Below are positions 45,401 through 54,400 of a stretch of DNA of 64,000 nt, in pieces. The stretch comes from a virus. Taxonomy: Duplodnaviria > Caudoviricetes. The notes under the pieces were generated by a model. It saw only the letters and a program-made list of their open reading frames with translations, searched no databases and was not told the DNA's origin. The position numbers and the translations under genes are program-made. The stretch is taken from positions 7,401 to 71,400 of the IMG/VR virus record IMGVR_UViG_2898710591_000002. One strand, 5' to 3'. Every line of letters begins with the position of its first letter. Position 1 is the stretch's first letter.

Positions 45401-48400
45401 CAGACAGGCATAGCTTCTACTGATGATAAAGATATCTACAAGAGTAAGCCCGCCGCCAAAGCTGCTATCAAAAAACAAAAGCTTGATCCTAACAGCGTGA
45501 CCATTAAACAGGTAAAAGGCGGTGGTTTTGAGATTGTACCGAACGCGCCAGCAAAACCAAGTTATGCACAGGCACAAGAGCAGGCAGCAAACGAGTTAGG
45601 CTTGTCGCTTGACGAAAATGGTGAGTATGGCGGCACAGACGCAGAGTTTGAAGCATTTGCTAATCGCGTCGATGAAATACAAGGTCGCTCGTTAAACAAC
45701 AGTACGCCTACACCAGTGGCAAAAACTAAGCCAGCACCTAACAAAGATGTCGCTATCGGTAAGGACGGAAAGGCTAAGTGGTTCGGTAAGCAGGATAAGG
45801 CGCAAGCGTTTATTGACAAGAAAGGTATTAGCGATACGCATGAGGTGGTACAGGCTGGCAAGCGTTTTGAGATACTGCCGAAGGCACAAGCAGCACCTCA
45901 AGCCGATGTAGCAAAACCGGAAACAGTGCCCGCCAGCCCAGTAAAACCGCCTCAGTCTTCTGTAGTGAAACCGGAAACAGCACCGGAAAAACAAGATGAC
46001 TCTAATCGGAAGTTGGTTGTAGGCGATAGAGTTGTAGCGAAAAATAATAATGAATACAAGATCACTGATGTCGAATTTAATAGTAGCGGCGGCGTAGAAT
46101 CAGTCAGCACGCTTCTTATTCCTGACGCAAGTTCGCCGCTAGCAGGTAAGAAACGCTCACCCCAAAAGCGCAGTATTGCCGAGTTTAATAGTATGTTTGG
46201 TTCTGGCGTGGGTGACTTTGAGGTACCGTCCGCGACCAAGAAATCATCAGGCAAAAACATCACTGACGAACAGTTTGCAGAGCTAACCAGCAGTCGTACC
46301 ACACCTTCTACACCAACTGGTGTGCAGTCAGCGCCAGCCAAACGAGCCGCAGCGAAGAAAGCTAAAAAACAAAGTGATGCGACAGCAGAGCCTAAAAGCC
46401 GCTTTGCTGATAACAAGCTATTCACTGAAGATAAAGTAGCAGCGGCACGCGCTCGTCTAAAATCCAAGCTAACACAGGTTAACTCAGGGCTAGACCCCGA
46501 AATACTAATGGACGGCATAACGCTGGCAGGCGCGTACATAGAAAGCGGTGTTCGCAAGTTTGCGGATTATGCCAAGATGATGATGGAGGACGTAGGGCCA
46601 GAGGTTAAGCCGTATCTACTGTCTTTTTGGAATAGCGCCCGTGACTATCCGGGATTAGATAGCGAGGGCATGACCAGCGAAGCAGATAGCCGCGCTGAGT
46701 TTAATAAGTTAATGGCAGAGCCAGTCAGCCCAGCCTTGACCAGCGACGAAAAGGCGGTACAAGAGGTTTTTGGTATGCCGCTATCTAACGTCTCTAATAT
46801 TGTGTTCAAGAAATCGGAACGCTTAGAGATAAAAGCCAAGCGCACGCGCAATCAAGACGATCAGGCAGCAGCCAACAAAGCCAAGCGTGAAGCAAGGCAA
46901 AATATTATGGATGTTGAGCAAGCTGTTATAGATTATGCTAAGCGTAAAATGACATTAGGTCGGTTCTTAGATTCAAAAGCAGGGAGATACCAAGATCTTA
47001 TTGATGCAGCTTATGAGGATAGAGATAAGCAGGCAGGTTTTACTGGCAACAAAGCATCTGATACTAAACCAGCAAGCGAGCCTGCCAAGACAGAGCAGTC
47101 AAAATATCCGCAAACCGTAGGCAGTGGCCCGCAAATGAAAACCTTTATAGGTGAAAATCAGGCGGGTTTACCGCTTTATGAAAATGAAAGTGGTGTACGT
47201 GCTATTGAAGAATACGGTATATTCAACAATGAAACGGTATCGATCACCCCTACTGGCATCGAGCAGCAACCAAGAGAAAATCGCTATCTAACCAAAGAAG
47301 AACTGGCGGCCAAAACCAAACACCCAGAATCTATCGACGTGGGTGACGACAAGCGCCTATTTGTTGGTGAAAACATGGATGGCGAACCTATCTATGAAGA
47401 TAAAAACGGTATAAGATCAAAGCCAGAAGGTAACTTTATGGCAAGCGAGCCAGTAGGCATCAATCTAGGTAGCGAAGGTCCTGCCTATGATGTGAGCCGA
47501 CGCGCTGACAAATTCAAGACGGTAGAAGAATTAAACGAGGATAGTAACGATGACACCGGAACAAGTAATCAAGACGATAGAGCGCGTGCTGAACTCGACA
47601 GAATACGCGAGTTTGACCAAGCGGATGAAAAAAGATGGAACGCTGGATCAGCTCAAGCAAAATCTACTAGCGACGTGGATGCAGTCGATGGACGTAGCGA
47701 CAGATCAGATACTAACCCAAGTGATGCAGATTCAAAATCCGCAGCAGCGAGTCAGCGAGCAGGTGCAAATGATAGCAGCAGCCGAGCAGACAGCGTTGAA
47801 TCAGATGATAGAACAGCTCAAGCGTCAGATGCGACGCCTACAGTAAAGCCTAAAAACCATGTTATTGACGCCGATCAAACCAGTGGCAAGCTAAGCTGGC
47901 AAAAAGTCGCTGAACGCAATGTTGATATTATCGAGCTATTAAAACAACTGGATAGTGAGGGCAGACAGGCCACCAGCGACGAACAAGCGCTATTAGCGCA
48001 GTATGCAGGGTGGGGATCAAGCGAGATTGCTAACGGCATATTTCCTAATCCCGATACCGGCAAATATAAGTCCGATAGCTGGCGAGCACTTGGCGAAAAA
48101 CTAAAATCACTACTCACTGATAGCGAGTACGACACCGCACGCCGTACCACTCAGTACGCCCACTACACACCGCCAGTGTTGGTTAATGGTATTTATAAAG
48201 CCTTAGAAGGTTTTGGCTTTAAAGGCGGTCAGGTGCTAGAGCCTGCCAGCGGCATTGGTGTGTTTAACGGCCTAATGCCAAGCAAGCTTGCCAATAGCAG
48301 CACCTATGTGGGATTGGAGCTGGACCCAATCACCGGGCGTATCGCACAGCAGCTATATCCTGAGTCTAGCATGAGAATTGATGACTATATCAAAGCCAAA

Positions 48401-51400
48401 CTACCAGACAATCATTTTGATGTGGCGGTAGGCAATCCACCGTTTGCGGGTATTAGCGTTGACTATAAAGGCGCCGGCAAGAACAGCACCAAACAATCAA
48501 TGCAGCTACACGATTACTTCTTTGCTAAAACGCTGGATAAGCTAAAGCCTGGCGGCGTCATGGCGTTTGTCACCTCAAAAGGCACGATGGACAAAAAGGG
48601 TAGCAGCGTCCGTGAGTACCTAGCAGAGCAAGCAGACCTTATCGGCGCTATTCGCTTGCCGCAGACTGCCTTTAAAGAAAATGCAGGCACCGAGGTTGTC
48701 ACCGATATTATCTTTTTGCGCAAACGTCACGAGGGCGAGCAGCCAAGTGATACCGCATGGGCAAGCGTGAAGTCTATCAAGGCCAGCGGAAAACCTACCG
48801 CTATTAATGAATACTTTGTTAATAATCCAGACATGGTATTAGGTGAGCACGCTATTGTCAGTGGCCGGTTTGGTGATACCTATACCGTCACCCCAAACAA
48901 AGGCGACTTTGCCAAACAGGTAGATAATGCTATTGCCAAGCTACCTAAAGACGTTTTCAATCCACAGCGCGGCAGCCAAGCAGAAGCAGTCAAGGTGATG
49001 GATTTGGATTACGATCCAGCCAGTGCCGCTAACAAAGAGGGTGGCGTTTACCTAAAAGACGGCAAGCTTATGCGTGTGGTTGATGGTGTGGGTAAGCCGC
49101 TGACCCAGCGTTACGGCACCAACGGTAAGGCTATCAACCTAAGCGCCAAAGACATTGCCTTTATGACCGACTATGTGGGCGTGCGTGACGCACTTAAACA
49201 GGCGCAGCGTGACCAGCTAACAGACAGTGACACATGGGAAGATTCACTCGCTAATCTAAATGAGGTGTACGACGCCTTTGTTAAGAAGCATGGGCGACTA
49301 ATGGCGCACAGTGTTAGCGAGCGCGAGAACGCTGACGGCACCACCACAGTGACCAAACGCTTTAAAAATAAGCAGCGCTTATTCCTCGATGTTGAAGGCG
49401 TGCTGGCAAGCGCGCTTGAGAATGTCATTGATGATGGCAAAGGCACCGTGGTTAAGGGTAGCTTCTTTGAAGGCCGCAGCTTGCGTAAGCCGAAAGCACC
49501 TACTATTAAGAGCACACAAGACGCCCTGGTCTATACGCTTGATGAAAAAGGTGTGTTGGATATTGCGCGTATTGCCGCGCTAACAGGCAAGACAGAGCCA
49601 CAAATCATTGAAGAGTTAGGCGAGCAAATCTACAACGATCCTCAGTCAAAGCAATGGGACTTGGCAGAAACCTACTTATCCGGCAATGTAGTTGATAAAC
49701 TCAAAAAAGCTGAGATTGCAGCTAAAACCAACAAATCCTATAGCCGTAACGTCGCGGCATTAAAAGCGGTCCAGCCAGCACCTATCGCACCGAACGACAT
49801 TGCAAGCAATATGGGTGCGGCATGGATCCCAGGCAGTGTGATCAATGAATTTAGTCAGCAGGTGCTAGGCGCCAATGTAACTGCCAAGTATTCTCCGGTA
49901 GTTGGGCTATGGGATGTGGGCGGTACCTCAAAGTCATCTGACTACTCAACAGCAGATAGAAGCGCTGTTCAGCTGGTCGAGTCTATCTTAAATAGTAGAA
50001 AGATTAGCATATCTCGCAAGTCGCCCGATGGTAGTACCTATATCGACTCAGTGGCAACCGAGCTTGCTAACGAAGTGGCGCGCAAGATTAAGACTGAGTT
50101 TAAGAATTGGCTGTGGTCTGATGATACGCGCGCGCAAGAGCTTGCCGACTACTACAACAAGACGTATAACAATATTGTGCCACCTACCTTCAATGGCGAC
50201 CACTTAACGCTGGCTGGCATGTCAAACAAGATACAACTGCGCGCACCGCAAAAACGCGGTATCTACCGTGTCATTCGTCAGGGTGATGTCTATCTGAATC
50301 ACGCCGTTGGTGCCGGCAAGACCTTCACGATGATTGCGGCTGCAATGGAAGAGAAGCGCTTAGGGTTGATCAACAAGCCTATGTTTGTGGTACCCAATCA
50401 CATGCTGGACCAGTTTAGCCAAGAATTTTTAATGCTTTATCCTGCCGCTAATATCATGGTCGCTGATGAGCAGAACTTCCATACCCATAATCGCAAGCAG
50501 TTTGTGGCACAAGCAGCCCTAAACACACCAGACGCTATCATCATCACTCATTCAAGTTTTGAGCGTATCGGTGTAAAGCCTGATACTAAAAAAGCCTTTT
50601 TAGAAGATAAGATCGCAGAATGGCGCGCGGCTCTTGAACTCACTAAGGCGAGCGACGGTGACAATCGCATATCAGTCAAGCAGCTTGAGCGCAATATAGA
50701 GAGCTTAGAACGCAGCCTAGAGGACATACTAAACGCCAAAGAGAAAGACGGTGCGGTATTCTTTGAAGATATGGGCGTCGATAAGCTATACATTGATGAA
50801 GCGCACGAGTTTCGCAAGCTAAACTTTGTCACCAAGATGGGTAATATTAAGGGGATTGACCCGGCAGGCTCGCAAAAGGCGATGGATTTAGACTTAAAGC
50901 TACAGCTACTCAGAGAGAATAATCCGTCGCGTGCCTTTGTTGGTGCGTCAGGTACGCCAGTCACCAATACGATGGGCGAGCTTTATACTATTCAGCGCTA
51001 CTTCCAGCCGGACCAGCTAGAGCAAGACGGCCTACATCATTTTGACAGTTGGGCTAACCAGTTTGGTGAAGTGGTTGAGGGCTTAGAGCAGAACGCAGCA
51101 GGTAACTATGAAGTCGTGCCGCGCTTTGCAAGATTTGTCAACGTGCCGGAGCTGATGAGCCGTGTGCGCTCATTCATGGACGTATTGACCAGTAATGACT
51201 TATCGGATTATGTGACACGTCCTGAAGTAAAAACAGGTGGTCGAGAGGTTGTGGCTATACCAACGCCTGATGGGTTCAAGGAATATCAAGCCAGTCTTGC
51301 CGCACGTATCGAAGCCATACGCAAGCGCAGTGGCAAGCCAGAAAAAGGTGACGATATTATCCTAAGCGTTATCGGTGATGGTCGTTTTAGTGCTATCGAT

Positions 51401-54400
51401 ATGCGCTTTGTTGACCCAACATTACCTAGCGACCCTAATAGCAAGCTCAATACTGTTATCAGAGATATGGCAGAAGCTTATCACGCTACTGCCGATAATG
51501 AGTATATGACTGATGGCGCAGTCGATGATATAAACGGCGGCGCACTAATGATGTTTACCGACATCGGACTTGGTGAGCAGTCAGCAGCCAGTCGCGGCTT
51601 TGATATGAAACAGTGGATTACTGACGAGCTTGTACGCTTGGGCGTCGATCCTGATCATATTGCCTTTATGCGTGACAACAAAACCCACGCCAAAAAAGGT
51701 AAGTTGTTTGATGATATGCGTCAAGGCCGTAAGCGTATTATGATCGGTGGTAAGGACATGGAGACAGGCGTTAATGCGCAGAAGCGTTTGACGCACTTAT
51801 TCCACCTTGATGCACCTTGGTTCCCAGCGTCGGTTGAACAACGTGAAGGCCGCATTATTCGCCAGGGCAACCAAAACAAAGAAGTGGTTATCAGAGCTTA
51901 CGCCACCAAAGGCAGTTATGACAGTACCATGTGGTCAATGGTCGCTCGTAAAGCACGTTTCATTGAGCAAGCCATGCGCGGTGATATGACTGTTCGCAGC
52001 ATGGACGATGTGAGTGAGGCCAGTGCGTTTGAGCAAGCATCTGCATTGTCGTCAGGCGATCCGCGCTCGTTACAACTGGCAGGACTCAGACAAGATGTTG
52101 AGCGCCTAAACCGTCAGCTATCAGGTTTTCAAAACGAGAAGTTTAAAAACCAAAGTCAAGCCAAGCAAGCACGTCAAACACTGGCCAGAGCCGAGCGAGA
52201 GTTAGACGCCATTAATAAGCTGCTACCTACTCATAAAACAGTAGAGACAGGCGACGTGATAGGTAAGGTTGGCAGTAAGTCTTTCGATAACCGTACAGAG
52301 TTTGGGCAAGCGATTATCGCTGAATACAATAAGTATGCTAAAGACTACCATATTGGCGAGCAGGTACTAGGAACCGTTGCTGGATATGACGTGGTTTACA
52401 ATGGCGTGATGATGGGCGGTGGTAACTTTTACGCAGATGCCAATATCAATATCCCAAAAGCAGATGATGCCGCCTTATTTGATACTGACAATGTGAAAGA
52501 TACACGGCCTGATGGTCTGACCACTCGTATCATTAATCGTGTCAACAAGCTGGCTGATTATAAAGCCAAGGTCGAAGCGGTTATCGAGCAGGCGCAGACT
52601 GATGCTGCAAATTTTGAGCGTCGTGCTGGCAAGTCGTTTGACGCACAAACAGAGCTTGATGAGAAAACAGCCGAGCTGATAGCGCTTGAAGAAGAGCTTG
52701 CAACAGAAGCAGAGTTGCTAAAAGCTGCTAGTGAAGGTAACGGCCTTACCGAAGAAGATCGCGTGCCTGGTACTGAGGAGCCTAAGTTCTCTAAAGCCAA
52801 CCCAGCCAAAGGATTGACTGGCACCACAGCCAAGCAAGTCATTAGTTTGCTGCAAGATCGTTTCGGTAAAGAAGCAGTCGCCCAGCTTATTAAGGCTGGC
52901 AAGCTACGAGTGCGCACGCTCAATGATTTTGTTGATAACAACGGTCGATTGCTTATCCCAAGTGATGCAGAAGGCTTTTACTATGACGGCAAGGTAACGC
53001 TGATTGCCGATAACCTAACCCCAGAAACAGTAGTTGCAACATTGCTTCATGAGCTTGGCGGTCATGCTGGTATTCAGTCAATGCTTTCAACCCAAACTTA
53101 CATGGGGCTTATGGAAAACTTCTATGGCCTAGTGAAGTCCGGTAACAAGTATGCAGTAAGAGCCAAGCAGCGCGCAGAGGCAAGCACACACAGCGCTAGT
53201 GAAGCACGCGATGAATATATCCCGTATCTCATCACTGAGTATGCGCAAGCCACTGAGCGCGGTGGTCCACTGGCAGTTATCAAGCGCTTTGTGAATCGCG
53301 TTATGGCTGGCGTGCGGGCATGGGTTCGCAATCATACCGGCGTGCAGTTAAAGATGACACCTAATGATATGGTGCAGTTAGCTGAACGCATGGTTAAGCG
53401 CTTGGCAGAGCAGAGTATGGATAGCGTGACTATTGCTGGCATGGATAATACCGCAGCAATGCCGCAGTATAGTCAGGAATCCACCAACCAAACAGCCACG
53501 CCAGCGTTTAAAAAATGGTTTGGTGATAGCAAGGTGGTAGATGGTAACGGTAAGCCGCTTGTGGTCTATCACGGCACCAATGCTAACTTTAATACGTTCA
53601 GCGCATCTGACGTAGGTATTCATGTTGGTACAGAAGATCAGGCTAACAGCCGAGCCGAGCAAAAAGAAGGCGGCGACTTCAAACTAATGCCGCTTTATGT
53701 GAAAGCTGAGAACCCATTGCGACTGAAAGACGCTAGATCGTGGAAAGACCCGGAGTGGTATTTACTTGAGTCTGGCATTTCTTCTTACTTGCCAGCATCC
53801 TTGCAGCAGAAGATAAGCGATTTTGCTCAAGAGAATAGAGCAGCGAAGGACCTAAATACGCCAGAAGGTCAGAAGAAGGCATACAAAAAGGCTATGGCTA
53901 TTAATAGCGAAGTTGCTAGGTTCTTAAAGGATGAATTGGGTTATGACAGTATAGTCTATGCAAACACCCACGACGGTACCACGCAAGACAATAAGGTAAA
54001 AGCTGATGATTCATGGATAGTTTTTGATCCAGAACAAATCAAATCAGCCACCAATAATATTGGCACGTTTGACGCTAACAATCCTGATATCCGCTTTAGC
54101 CGTCGCTATTCAAATTTAGGCATCGACACCAGCCCAACCACCGCGAAAGAAAAAGCGATTGATGCCGCTAAGCAATCAGCAGCTACCGCGCTGTCATCTA
54201 AGTTTAACTTGAGTTTGTTGCTGCGTCGTCATCTAGCCACACCGCTACACGTCGGCATGTTAAACCCAAGCTTCAAAAAGTTCTTTGAGAATGTGCAGGC
54301 GCGTATTGCTTATGAGAACAACGAAGCAGGACGTATTCAAGAGTATATGCCTGAGATATGGGACACCAGGCTGATGGTGGGCAAACGCAAAGAAGCAATC

